Made by a program: the position numbers and the translations under genes. A stretch of DNA of 25,713 nucleotides from Candidatus Brocadiia bacterium (GTDB lineage Bacteria; Planctomycetota; Brocadiia; SM23-32), in assembly GCA_046538485.1 (NCBI GenBank), contig JBKHIT010000066.1, forward strand, positions 1-25,713, given 5' to 3'. The notes under the pieces are model-generated. The model did not search any database. It worked only from the letters and a program-made list of their open reading frames with translations, and was not told where the DNA came from. Position 1 is the stretch's first letter, and every line of letters starts with the position of its first letter. Of this stretch, positions 15,872-25,332 are shown piece after piece.

Positions 15872-18445
15872 ATGCCCGAAAAGGTTTACAGCGTTACATT
15901 GGCAGCCGGCTCCGGCAACCGTATGCCTGACCACATGCCTCCCAAATCGTGTTGTCGGATCGGCCCCGTTACAATCATTGAAAACGCTCTGAGATCCTAC
16001 GAAGAAGCAGGTATAACCAAACATGTCGTCGTGGTCGGCTGTGACGCTACCAAAGTCATGAAAGAGATCCGCCGTACGGGCCGCCAGGTGCTCTTTGCCT
16101 ATCAGCCTGAGCCGCGAGGAACCGGTGATGCTGTTGCCCAGGCGCTCGAACTGCTTCACGCGGAGGGTTCCCCTGACCATATTCTCATATCATCAGGTGA
16201 TAAAATGGTGGCTCCCCGCGTCCTTCGAGGTCTGGTCGAGCTATATGCCGAGTCTGATTGTCACATGGCACTTGTTGGTGGTTTAGCCCGGCATAATCCG
16301 ACGGGTGGTCGAATTGTGGCTGAGAACGGTTTCGCCCGTGCAATCCTGGAATGGCCTGACATTCGACTCCGGCAGCTTGCCGCCCATTTGCGTTCACTTC
16401 CTGATACGGAAAAACCTGGCACCGGAAATGAGTTTCGGAAGCTTGTGCGAGATTTCCACGACCGTCCCGGAAAACTCGCCGCTCGCAGGCCAAAACTTCA
16501 GAGGTTATTGGAAGCAGAACCACAGGAGCAAATTACCCCTGCAGAAATAGCAGCCGCCCTGGAAGATGTGCCGGGGGACTTTCAGCTCCCAGGAGGGTCA
16601 CTCCCTGCCGAGCAGGCGGCTAATTCAGAATTGTCAAACCTCAGCCTTTACGCCGGCGCTTTCAAAGATTTATGGCAGGCTGTCAGGAAACTCGGCGCGG
16701 AAAATGTCCAGGGGGAATGTTATTTCACCGACGTTGTAGAGAACCTTGTAGCCACAGGTAGGAAAGTCCGTATCTTCACGGTGCAGGATCCCGAACAAGT
16801 AATGGCGTTCAACACAGCCGAAGAACTCGAGGCAGTGCGTCGGGTGCATGCTTTGCGAACCAGCGAAAAAACACGGTACCCTGATCTGCAGGAGTGGGGA
16901 AAACAATTTTCAAAACCCGAACAGGATGGTCTTGCTTGCCGAGCTGCGCGAGGTCTGGCCGACAAAATCGATGCCAACAGGCAAGCCATCGTTGTGCGTT
17001 CTCCCGGACGTATCAATCTGATGGGCCGACATATTGACCACCAGGGCGGGACATGCAACCTGATGGCCATAAACAGGGAAATTGCACTTGTAGCATCGCC
17101 AAGAGAAGATGATCGCATCAATCTCTGGAACGCAGAAAGCACATCTTACCCCCGGAGGAGCTTTTCCTTCGAAGAATTGACCAGGGACATCATCTGGGAA
17201 GACTGGTTGAAAACACTGAATTCGCAGTTCGTGCAACGCATGGCCGCTCAAAATCCCGGGGACTGGTCGAACTACATCAAAGGCGCAGCTTTACGATTGC
17301 AGCACCGATTCCGGGAAAGAAAACTGCGTGGCATGGACGCCTGCATATGCGGGAATATACCCGTGGGAGCAGGGCTCAGCTCGTCTTCCGCGCTGGTCGT
17401 CGCCGCCGCCGAGGCCCTCTGCGAATTGAATGCCCTCAACGTCCAGGCAAAAGAATTCGTGGACCTTTGTGGCGAAGGAGAGTGGTTCGTCGGAACCCGC
17501 GGCGGGAGTGGAGATCATGCGGCCATCAAGTTCGGCAAAGAAAGAGAGGTCGTCAGCGTAAAATTCTTCCCATTCGAGGTGGCCGCCCGACATCCTTTTC
17601 CCCGTGACCAACGTGTAATGGTTTGCTATTCTGGCATCAGCGCAAAAAAAACTGAAAATGCCCGCTCGCGGTTCAACTCGCGCGTTGCGTGCTACCACAT
17701 GGGCAGAGAACTCATCCGAAAGCAGCATCCGAGCCTCGCACCACATGTAAAACACCTGCGTGACCTCGATCCTGCCCTGCTCGGGATCTCGTATCCGGCC
17801 TTTTACCAGATCCTGAGAACCTTGCCCCAGTCGGTCGGCTGGGAAAATGCCCAAAGGCTCGCAGCTGACTCCGAGGATGTGTCGAAATGCCTGGAAGGAC
17901 TCGCACCGGCGGAAAACAGTTTCCCGGTAAGAGATGTCGTTCTGTTCGGCCTGGCCGAATGCAGTCGGGCGCGGATGGCCGGAAGCTTACTTGACCGGGG
18001 CGATCTCGAAACGTTCGGCGAACTCATGAAAATATCGCACGATGGCGACCGTGTGATGCGATGGGGCGAGGATCAAAAAGAGTGGTGCTTTTCCGCTACC
18101 GACGAACGTCTGCTCAATCTTGAAAAAAAGGCCAGCAAGGCCCAACCTCTACAGGATTCAAACTCGGCCCTCTGGCAACAGCCCGGCGGTTACCGCTGCA
18201 GCACATCGGAAATCGACCAAATGGTGGATATTGTGCTCACGTCCCCCGGCGTCATAGGAGCGCAACTCGCGGGAGCAGGCCTCGGCGGATGTATTATGGT
18301 CCTGCTGGAAAGGGGAGCAGAAGAACACGTGCGTGAAGTACTTGTCGAAAAATACTACGAACCCGCGAATATCGAGCCACAACTGTTTGTGTGCGAGCCT
18401 TCAAGAGGCAGCCGGGTCCTGACAACGTTGCAACCCGTAAATTGA
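15872..18445 (+). CDS. Bifunctional GlmU-like sugar-1-phosphate nucleotidyltransferase / GHMP (galactokinase-family) sugar kinase
   Basis: N-domain: LAAGSGNRM..PK, QPEPRGTGDAV, SGD, GGRIV, NVQGECYFTDVV, FNT..EL. C-domain: SPGRINLMGRHIDHQGG, WSNYIKG, IPVGAGLSSSSA, GGSGDH, FGELMKISH, GAQLAGAGLGGC. No GlmU acetyltransferase hexapeptide domain. Confidence 0.88.
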   Translation: MPEKVYSVTLAAGSGNRMPDHMPPKSCCRIGPVTIIENALRSYEEAGITKHVVVVGCDATKVMKEIRRTGRQVLFAYQPEPRGTGDAVAQALELLHAEGSPDHILISSGDKMVAPRVLRGLVELYAESDCHMALVGGLARHNPTGGRIVAENGFARAILEWPDIRLRQLAAHLRSLPDTEKPGTGNEFRKLVRDFHDRPGKLAARRPKLQRLLEAEPQEQITPAEIAAALEDVPGDFQLPGGSLPAEQAANSELSNLSLYAGAFKDLWQAVRKLGAENVQGECYFTDVVENLVATGRKVRIFTVQDPEQVMAFNTAEELEAVRRVHALRTSEKTRYPDLQEWGKQFSKPEQDGLACRAARGLADKIDANRQAIVVRSPGRINLMGRHIDHQGGTCNLMAINREIALVASPREDDRINLWNAESTSYPRRSFSFEELTRDIIWEDWLKTLNSQFVQRMAAQNPGDWSNYIKGAALRLQHRFRERKLRGMDACICGNIPVGAGLSSSSALVVAAAEALCELNALNVQAKEFVDLCGEGEWFVGTRGGSGDHAAIKFGKEREVVSVKFFPFEVAARHPFPRDQRVMVCYSGISAKKTENARSRFNSRVACYHMGRELIRKQHPSLAPHVKHLRDLDPALLGISYPAFYQILRTLPQSVGWENAQRLAADSEDVSKCLEGLAPAENSFPVRDVVLFGLAECSRARMAGSLLDRGDLETFGELMKISHDGDRVMRWGEDQKEWCFSATDERLLNLEKKASKAQPLQDSNSALWQQPGGYRCSTSEIDQMVDIVLTSPGVIGAQLAGAGLGGCIMVLLERGAEEHVREVLVEKYYEPANIEPQLFVCEPSRGSRVLTTLQPVN

Positions 18446-18561
18446 ACGTGCATTCCGGCAAAAAACGCAGCAATACAAAAGACCCTAAATCAATGGCTTG
18501 TAAGTTCCGATTACTTGCGCGTAAAGATAAAATCCTAAATGTCTCTTTTAAAACCTTCTGT

Positions 18562-18591
18562 TTGACAACTTCCACGTCTGATTACGATAAT
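18562..18591 (+). promoter_or_regulatory. Putative sigma70 promoter
   Basis: TTGACA-18 nt-GATAAT, 45 nt before ATG 18637. Confidence 0.45.
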
Positions 18592-18636
18592 TCAATAAGT
18601 TATCTTCCGTTCTCTGCGAGGTTAAATTAACACCTC

Positions 18637-19350
18637 ATGCCATTGAAATATTTAATTACAAAACACAAATGTAAACGAATCCCCTCTCGCCTGACCTTTT
18701 TGCTCGCTACTTTTTTGCTGTTTTTGCCATGGCTTTCGGGATGCAGAGGGTTCTGGAAACAGTATGACATCTATTCCACCGGCGGCCCGGTCTCAGATAA
18801 ACATGCCCCTGGAACCCTCGACGGCAAAATATGCGTCCTCGGCGCACGCGTCCCCACCGGCAGCGAAGGCTATCAAAATACTGCTTCCGACCTGCTGACA
18901 TCGGTCCTGCGGAAACATTTGGCCGATGCAGAAGATTCTTCCCGCGTCGTCTCTTATGCCCAATTTCTCAATGAAATCAACCGCAAAGGACTTGTCGGGG
19001 AATACATTGAGTTGACGGAAATATATCAAATAACTGATTTGTACCCAAAAGCTCTGCTCCGCATCCTCCATGAAAAATTGGGAATACGGTATTTTGTCAA
19101 ACCTGCCCTGTTGCAACTGGACCAGAGTTCAGATGTCAGGCTCAGCGTTTGGGGACTCAGGCTGATCGTAACCAAAGAAACCAACGCAAAAGTCTCTCTG
19201 GAAATCTGGGACGCGCGGATCGGCTCCAAGGTATGGACCGGCGCAGCAGGCTGCACAATCGCCGGGGAAAAGCTTAGCCAACGGCGAATTGCACCCCAAA
19301 AAGCAATTGATGATGCCTGGCGTGAACTCCTGGAAAAAATTTTTGAATAG
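18637..19350 (+). CDS. Hypothetical lipoprotein, possibly CsgG/LpoB-like fold
   Basis: Basic N-region, hydrophobic stretch, lipobox LSGC; C-terminal VSLEIWDARIGSKVWTG resembles that fold. Fold call is inference. Confidence 0.65.
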   Translation: MPLKYLITKHKCKRIPSRLTFLLATFLLFLPWLSGCRGFWKQYDIYSTGGPVSDKHAPGTLDGKICVLGARVPTGSEGYQNTASDLLTSVLRKHLADAEDSSRVVSYAQFLNEINRKGLVGEYIELTEIYQITDLYPKALLRILHEKLGIRYFVKPALLQLDQSSDVRLSVWGLRLIVTKETNAKVSLEIWDARIGSKVWTGAAGCTIAGEKLSQRRIAPQKAIDDAWRELLEKIFE

Positions 19351-19391
19351 TTCTCGCCATCAAAAATCATTCTCTTCCGGGTTTGCACTCA

Positions 19392-21170
19392 TCAAACTCG
19401 TTCATCTTCTGCCTGGTCGTGATCCCTGCCCTTGATGTCTTTTTGGAATTCCTGTTTTAATTTGGGTACCCTGACGGCCCCCTTGAAGTTGCGAGGTATT
19501 GCGGCAAAACGAAAATATTCCGGACGGGCCGGCTTTGTCACAGCTTGCCGGGCCTCCTGGAGAAACGTCTCCCCGATAATGTCCTGTTTATCCTGCGCCC
19601 TCTCGGAAAGCAGCTCCAGCGTCACGCAACAGGAATCCTCGTGCTCACTCTCGACTCTCAAACCCACGACGGCAAGATCAAAATCCCCGTCTTCCAGCTC
19701 GTAATGTGAACAACCAAACTCCCTCAGTTCGCCCTCAATGCAAGCGTAAGCATAATTGGCACCTCCCCGAATAAGAATCGTCGACTCACGGCTGAGCCAA
19801 TAATAGTCCTTACTGCCGTCGGGTGACCCGAGCCAAAAGCACACATCCCCGAAACCGCCGTACCACCCATCCTCATGGAAAACTGCGCGAGTCGCTTCAG
19901 GATCCCCCACATAATTTTTCATAACGTTGTCACCCCGGGCAACAAGATACCCCGGCTCGCCCGCCTCGCAATGCTCAAAATAGTCTTCTGCTCTGCGATC
20001 CAGGCTCCGCACCACAAGCGTTTCCGTGTGCGGCGGATGTGGCCGACCAATGTAATAACCGGGCTGCTCTTCCCCATCCCACCTGTGCGACCAACCCCGC
20101 TGAAATGCCTTCAGCCGTTGCTCCTCGGCAAGCTCCGGGGAAGTGCCCATCACCTGCAGACAGGTCTCTGTCGACCCAAACCGCACCAGGGGAAGACGGC
20201 CTGTCCACGACCTGACCCGCTCCACAGTCGTCGGGCCAACGGGCGCTGAACCAAGCAAGAACTCGATCTGGCTCATGGCCTCCTTCAACTTCTCCTTCCC
20301 CACCGGCAATTTTCCCTCAGCACAACGATTCTCGAGATAATCAAAATGCCGCGCCACCAAGGGCGCTACAACACGTCCCTCTTCGCAAACGATCTCCGGC
20401 AACAGCCCCCAATAAAGCGTTGAGTAGCGTTCCACCAGGTGCAAACGCGCCCCCCGTCTCCTCAATGCCCAATCCGTGATGGCTGTCGAGTTCGTGTGAT
20501 GAAGAGGATTAACCACCAGGACCACAAGCCGTTCGTCCGACGCGAAGCCCAAAAACGATTCGAATGTCCGTCGGTTCACCCGATAACTCCGGTAAGGCAA
20601 CTCCACACCTTTTGGCTGTCCCGACGTGCCCGAAGTGAAAATGACAATCCTCGTCGACTCTGGCCCCAGCTCCCAACCTTCGGTCATTTTCTCCTCGGAC
20701 AAATCTTCGTATTCGGCAAGATTATGGCCATTAAAAACCTCCAGGCCGGGCACTCTCGCCTCCAAAGTTTCCAGAACATCGCCGGGCGTCCCGGAATCCA
20801 CGACCACAAGTCGACTACCCGTCAGTTCCATTTTGTAAAAAATTCGCTCCGGAGTGTCAGCCTGCCAGTTGACAGTCACCGGGATCGCCCCCACCATCAC
20901 AGCCCCCAGTCTAAACGCCAGGTCCTCCGGCCGGTTGGACGTGAAATAATGCGTGAAATGCTTGCCGGAAACCACGTTTCGCTCACGAAGCACAGAAGCC
21001 GCCCTGCGTGCAAGCGACCATAAATCACCCCTCGATAGTTCCCGTGTTTCGATCGTCCGTTCGGGCGTAAAACGATGGCAAATCAGGAACGGCTCATCCG
21101 GATCCTCGAAGGCGAGCAGATAATCTCGCAGAACCGGGGAATAATTCCCTCTGGAATTCGTTCTTGACAC
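19392..21170 (-). CDS. Class I adenylate-forming (AMP-binding) enzyme, acyl-CoA ligase-like, divergent
   Basis: IFTSGTSGQPKGV, FGSTET, RGDNVMKNYVGDPEATRAVF..DGW, IRGGAN; GTG start after GAGGAG. Confidence 0.85.
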   Translation of the reverse strand: MSRTNSRGNYSPVLRDYLLAFEDPDEPFLICHRFTPERTIETRELSRGDLWSLARRAASVLRERNVVSGKHFTHYFTSNRPEDLAFRLGAVMVGAIPVTVNWQADTPERIFYKMELTGSRLVVVDSGTPGDVLETLEARVPGLEVFNGHNLAEYEDLSEEKMTEGWELGPESTRIVIFTSGTSGQPKGVELPYRSYRVNRRTFESFLGFASDERLVVLVVNPLHHTNSTAITDWALRRRGARLHLVERYSTLYWGLLPEIVCEEGRVVAPLVARHFDYLENRCAEGKLPVGKEKLKEAMSQIEFLLGSAPVGPTTVERVRSWTGRLPLVRFGSTETCLQVMGTSPELAEEQRLKAFQRGWSHRWDGEEQPGYYIGRPHPPHTETLVVRSLDRRAEDYFEHCEAGEPGYLVARGDNVMKNYVGDPEATRAVFHEDGWYGGFGDVCFWLGSPDGSKDYYWLSRESTILIRGGANYAYACIEGELREFGCSHYELEDGDFDLAVVGLRVESEHEDSCCVTLELLSERAQDKQDIIGETFLQEARQAVTKPARPEYFRFAAIPRNFKGAVRVPKLKQEFQKDIKGRDHDQAEDERV

Positions 21171-21290
21171 TGTGGAGCTCCTCAGCAGTTGACAACCATC
21201 CGACTTGATTTCTCACCGTTCAAAGATATTATAGGTTACCAGTGATGCGTTTAAAGTATATTCCCGAAGATAAGGGAGGAGGTGGCGATT

Positions 21291-23519
21291 ATGAAGAATA
21301 AGATGGTGTGTTTTGTAGCATTTTTTCTGCTGGGAATGATTCCGCTGAAAACATACGGCGCTCCCCTTCTACTCGTTGAAAACGGACAGGCTAAAACAAA
21401 AATTTTCCACGCCGGTGACGCCCCCAGAGCGGCCAAAGACCTCGCGGCCAATGTCCAGAAGATGTCAGGGGATAAAATGCAAATCCAACAAACTGCCGAT
21501 AAAAATGAAATCCCCAAAAACACACCCGCTATCGTGGTCGGCTCCCTCACCGTGAAAACCGGCCTGAACGCCCCACCCAAAACCCGTTCCGGCGACGGCT
21601 ATCGCGTGCTGCGCCGCGGCAATCTGCTCTTAATGGCGGGGGAGACTCCGCGTTCTACTTTCTATGCCACCAGTCATTTTCTTGAATCCCTGGGATGCAG
21701 ATGGTTCTTCGGCAATCCGCTCGGCACCGTCATTCCGAACAAAAAGACCATCGCGGTTGAAAAACTCGACGTCGCGGAAAAACCCGATTTTATCTCCCGA
21801 AGAGTCTGGGGACCAAATTGGCACGGCCCAAAACCGTGGCACCGCCACAACCGCGTTGGCGGTCTGTCCATGTCCGCAGGCCACGACTGGGGTCACGTCC
21901 CCCCGAAAAAATACGCCGAAGAGCACCCCGAGTATTACACCCTCCGTGGCGGCAAAAGACGCCCGGGCAACTGGCTCTGCACATCCAACAAAGACGTGCA
22001 ACGTATTTTCGCCGATTCCATCATCAAAAACGTCAAAGGTAAAGGCACCACCAGTGTATCTATCTCCCCACCGGATGGCCGGGGTTATTGCCAGTGTGAA
22101 AAGTGTCGCGCCCTCGACGATCCTGATTATCGCGAACCCTCCTCGGGTCATGTGGTGATAACCGATCGATATATGCGGTTCTTTAATGCCGTCGCAAAAC
22201 CAGTCCGTAAAGCCAACCCCGATGCGATTCTGAATTTTTACGCCTACGCCGACTATTCCCGCCCTTCGAAACATGTCAAAACCGCGCCGGATAACCTCTG
22301 CGTCTGGGTGGCTCCTATCCGATACTGCCGTTTCCATAGTCTGCTGAGCCCGATCTGCGAGGACCGCCAGCGCCTCCGCAAAGAACTGGACACCTGGATG
22401 AGCGTCGTCTCAAAAATGGGCTGGCGCGAATACAATTACAACCTCGCCGAAGCAACCGTCCCCTTCAGTAAAATCAGCCTCTGGGCTAAAGATATCCCCT
22501 ATCTCCACCGGATCGGCTGTATCGGTGTGAACATCGAATCTCTCTATCTCTGGCATATCTACGGTCCCCATACCTACCTCATCCCCCGACTGTTATGGGA
22601 TGCCGAGGCCGATGTCGATGCCATAATGGATGATTTCTACACGAAATTCTGCGGGGGCGCCGCTCCCCACGTCAAAGCCTACTGGGAACGTATCGATAAA
22701 GCCTACCAGACGACCGATACACACGTGGGCTCCTTCTACGGAATCCACGAAATCTGGACGCCAGAACTGGTCAAGGCCTGCCAGGCCGATCTCAAGGCCG
22801 CGGCCAAAGTCGCCAAAAGAGATATCACAAGAAAAAGAGTCGAAATGTTCCAGATGGGACTCGACAACGTCAAATATTTCAGAGACCTGAGGGAAGCAAC
22901 CAACCGGTGCGATTTCCACAAGGCGAAAGAAATATACGACGCATGGCTGGCACATATGGACGCTGTCAACAAGAAAAAAATCCATTACATCGGCGAGTAC
23001 CGACGGGGCTACGTCCCTCGCTTCCTCGGGAAAGTAGTCAAACAGGGCTACGAGTGCACGACCGGGAATAACAAATTGCTCGTTCGCCTGCCGGATACGT
23101 GGCTGTTCCGCTACGATCCCGACGATAAGGGAGAGAAAAAAGGCTGGCACACCCCCGGCGCGGACAAAAAAGGCTGGAAAGAGGTTCGCACGTATTCCGC
23201 CACGCTCTCCGAACAAGATGTGGAAGAACAGCTGACCTGGATGTGGTATCGGACCGAAATTCAGGCCCCCAAACCGCCGGGGAACAAACGCCTGATGCTC
23301 TGGGTGGGCGAGGTCGACGGACGCCCGACGAAGGTTTTCCTCAACGGGAAACTCGTGGGCGAAACGCGTGCAAAACGCCGTCCCTTCGAAATGGAGGTGA
23401 CCGATCGTCTCCAGAAGGGCAAAAATACAATTGCCCTGAAAATCGACCATCACAACATCTCCGAGCTGCATCTCGGGGGTTTGATCAAGCCATGCATGAT
23501 CTACTCCGCGCCAAAATGA
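21291..23519 (+). CDS. Secreted DUF4838-domain protein with C-terminal sugar-binding (GH2-N-like) jelly-roll
   Basis: GGAGGAGGT SD favours ATG 21291; signal peptide; FLESLGCRWF, EHPEYYTL, LCTSN, SPPDGRGYCQCEKC, YAYADY, LLWD..DVDAIMDDFY..F.G.AA; C-terminal WYRT..GEVDG..VFLNGKLVG. Confidence 0.85.
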   Translation: MKNKMVCFVAFFLLGMIPLKTYGAPLLLVENGQAKTKIFHAGDAPRAAKDLAANVQKMSGDKMQIQQTADKNEIPKNTPAIVVGSLTVKTGLNAPPKTRSGDGYRVLRRGNLLLMAGETPRSTFYATSHFLESLGCRWFFGNPLGTVIPNKKTIAVEKLDVAEKPDFISRRVWGPNWHGPKPWHRHNRVGGLSMSAGHDWGHVPPKKYAEEHPEYYTLRGGKRRPGNWLCTSNKDVQRIFADSIIKNVKGKGTTSVSISPPDGRGYCQCEKCRALDDPDYREPSSGHVVITDRYMRFFNAVAKPVRKANPDAILNFYAYADYSRPSKHVKTAPDNLCVWVAPIRYCRFHSLLSPICEDRQRLRKELDTWMSVVSKMGWREYNYNLAEATVPFSKISLWAKDIPYLHRIGCIGVNIESLYLWHIYGPHTYLIPRLLWDAEADVDAIMDDFYTKFCGGAAPHVKAYWERIDKAYQTTDTHVGSFYGIHEIWTPELVKACQADLKAAAKVAKRDITRKRVEMFQMGLDNVKYFRDLREATNRCDFHKAKEIYDAWLAHMDAVNKKKIHYIGEYRRGYVPRFLGKVVKQGYECTTGNNKLLVRLPDTWLFRYDPDDKGEKKGWHTPGADKKGWKEVRTYSATLSEQDVEEQLTWMWYRTEIQAPKPPGNKRLMLWVGEVDGRPTKVFLNGKLVGETRAKRRPFEMEVTDRLQKGKNTIALKIDHHNISELHLGGLIKPCMIYSAPK

Positions 23520-23557
23520 ACCGCGAATAAGCCCTGATTAAAAATCCGGGATCTACC

Positions 23558-25021
23558 GTGAAACTGGATGAAATCCCACTTCTGCCGCAAGACGAATCGC
23601 TGATTCCGCGTATCTCCCGCGAAAATCTGTCCTTCTCCCCTGAACAGGTCTGGAGCCCCAGCCCGTCAGTCCATCATCGCACGACCCCCTACCCCGTCCC
23701 CAAAACGTTACGGCAGGGACTACGCGTCACCGTGGAGACGGGAGCCAAGTTCTCCCCCCCACCGTTCGCCGCCATCGTCGAGGGCGATGACCATCGCGTC
23801 CTGATCGGGGTGGAAGCGGATGCAGGATGGCACCTCTGGAATTTTATCGACTTCACCGTCACCGAAAAAAGCGCTGAAATCCGGATCGATCTGGAAGGAC
23901 ACAGCGATCCGGCCGAGGTCGCTGAACATGTGCGTGTCGTGCTGGCCAGAAGCCCAGAAGACGAGCCGAGGATGGGCCTGCTTGCCCGGACGATGCGCGA
24001 ATTATACCCCGAAGGGACCAGTGCACAGGAACAGATCCCCGACTGGTGGCTCAGACCCATTTACTGCGGATGGGCGGATCAGGTCGCGCAAGCAAAGTAC
24101 GAAAACGGTGCCCGCGCAGGAGGCGGTGGGCGGTACTGCACTCGAAAGCTCTACGAACGGTGGATCGAACGGCTTGAAGAGGCGGAACTGCCGATCGGCA
24201 CGGTCATTCTGGACGCGGGCTGGGCCACCGGCGTGTGGGAACCGGATCCCGAAAAATGGCCGGACCTGAAAGGTTTTATCACCTCCCAGCACAACGCCGG
24301 TCGAAAAGTGCTGCTGTGGATCGGCACCTGGGTCTGCGGCGGGGTCCCCGCTGAATTGTGCGTTATGGCCGGTAACCGAAAAATATGCGTTGATCCCACC
24401 AACCCCCAATACCGTTCTCTGATCCGGGAACGGATCGAGGAATTGCTCTCGCCTGAAGGTTACGACGCCGACGGGTTCAAAATCGATCAATTGGGGCGAC
24501 CGCCGTCCGAGCGGCCCGCGAAATCGCCAAAATACGCCCACCTGCCGGCTTATCACGAAGAACAGGAAAATCTCCTGCAAATCCATGGCGACCGCTGGGG
24601 ATGTGAGCTCCTGCATCTTCACCAGGCCGATTTCCACCGGGCGGCCGTCGCAGCCAAACCCGACGCCCTCCTGACCAGCAGCACCGTTCATCCCTACTTT
24701 CACGATACCTTCGGAATGGTCCGGCTGCATGACACCGGGAAGTTCGAAGGCGATATCATGGATGTGATGGGGGCTCGGGCGGACCTTTCACGCGCCGCAC
24801 TGCCCGGCAAACCGATCGACACCGACAACTGGATCAGCCGAAACTACGATATGTGGTTGCGCTACACCTGCAACAGCTACAGGCTCGGGGTACCCTGTAT
24901 TCTTTATTCCGAGAGATTCATCGAAAACTGGGAAGAAGAACCCGCGACCCGCCCCATCCCCATGGAAGACCTGCGCGAGATAGCGCGCACCTGGCGCGAG
25001 AACTATATGCACGCATCGTGA
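23558..25021 (+). CDS. Clan GH-D (GH27/31/36-like) alpha-glycosidase, no signal peptide
   Basis: YCGW, VILDAGW, PDPEKWPDLKGFI, KVLLWI, DPTNP, DGFKID (nucleophile-like), RLHD (acid/base-like). Confidence 0.78.
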   Translation: MKLDEIPLLPQDESLIPRISRENLSFSPEQVWSPSPSVHHRTTPYPVPKTLRQGLRVTVETGAKFSPPPFAAIVEGDDHRVLIGVEADAGWHLWNFIDFTVTEKSAEIRIDLEGHSDPAEVAEHVRVVLARSPEDEPRMGLLARTMRELYPEGTSAQEQIPDWWLRPIYCGWADQVAQAKYENGARAGGGGRYCTRKLYERWIERLEEAELPIGTVILDAGWATGVWEPDPEKWPDLKGFITSQHNAGRKVLLWIGTWVCGGVPAELCVMAGNRKICVDPTNPQYRSLIRERIEELLSPEGYDADGFKIDQLGRPPSERPAKSPKYAHLPAYHEEQENLLQIHGDRWGCELLHLHQADFHRAAVAAKPDALLTSSTVHPYFHDTFGMVRLHDTGKFEGDIMDVMGARADLSRAALPGKPIDTDNWISRNYDMWLRYTCNSYRLGVPCILYSERFIENWEEEPATRPIPMEDLREIARTWRENYMHAS

Positions 25022-25140
25022 CATTCCGGGACAGAAGTGGGGCGCCAAAAACTTTCTCCTGAATTCCGCACAGGCCAGTTTTCAAACCCGGGGGAGGTCC
25101 CTTCCGCCGTGATCATCTATGCTGAAACCGTGTCATACTA

Positions 25141-25226
25141 TGTGGGATTGGTCAGGGACTGGCTGGTGAGCTGTGTCTTGCCAGCGCGATGCGCTGGTAT
25201 ATGTTTTGCCTGAAGTCCCGCCCACA
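25141..25226. repeat. Palindromic module A (REP-like ends)
   Basis: TGTGGG/CCCACA, GGGACT/AGTCCC, apical CCAGCGC-gat-GCGCTGG; the intervening stem closes with G-T pairs. Confidence 0.5.
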
Positions 25227-25229
25227 CAG

Positions 25230-25329
25230 GTCATTGCAAGTCCATCGTTAGATGGACGAAGCAATCTCGTCGTTTTGTTGGCCCAGCAGCGAGATTGCCG
25301 CGGCGTCCCGCTTCGCGGAACGCCTCGCA
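25230..25329. repeat. Palindromic module B (GTCATTGC...GAAGCAATCTC...GAGATTGC type), 3'-truncated
   Basis: GTCCATC-gtta-GATGGAC; GCAATCTCG/CGAGATTGC; GGCGT-c-CCGC-ttc-GCGG-a-ACGCC; ends TCGCA without the ATGAC needed to pair with the 5' GTCAT. Confidence 0.7.
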
Positions 25330-25332
25330 CAT

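Noticed and set aside
15872..18445. Annotation as glmU, galK or fkp
   Set aside because: No acetyltransferase domain; GalK sugar-binding residues are changed; the N-domain is GlmU-like rather than fucose-1-P guanylyltransferase-like.
22593..24730. Minus-strand ORFs of 292 aa and 242 aa
   Set aside because: Antisense shadows of the DUF4838 and GH-D genes.
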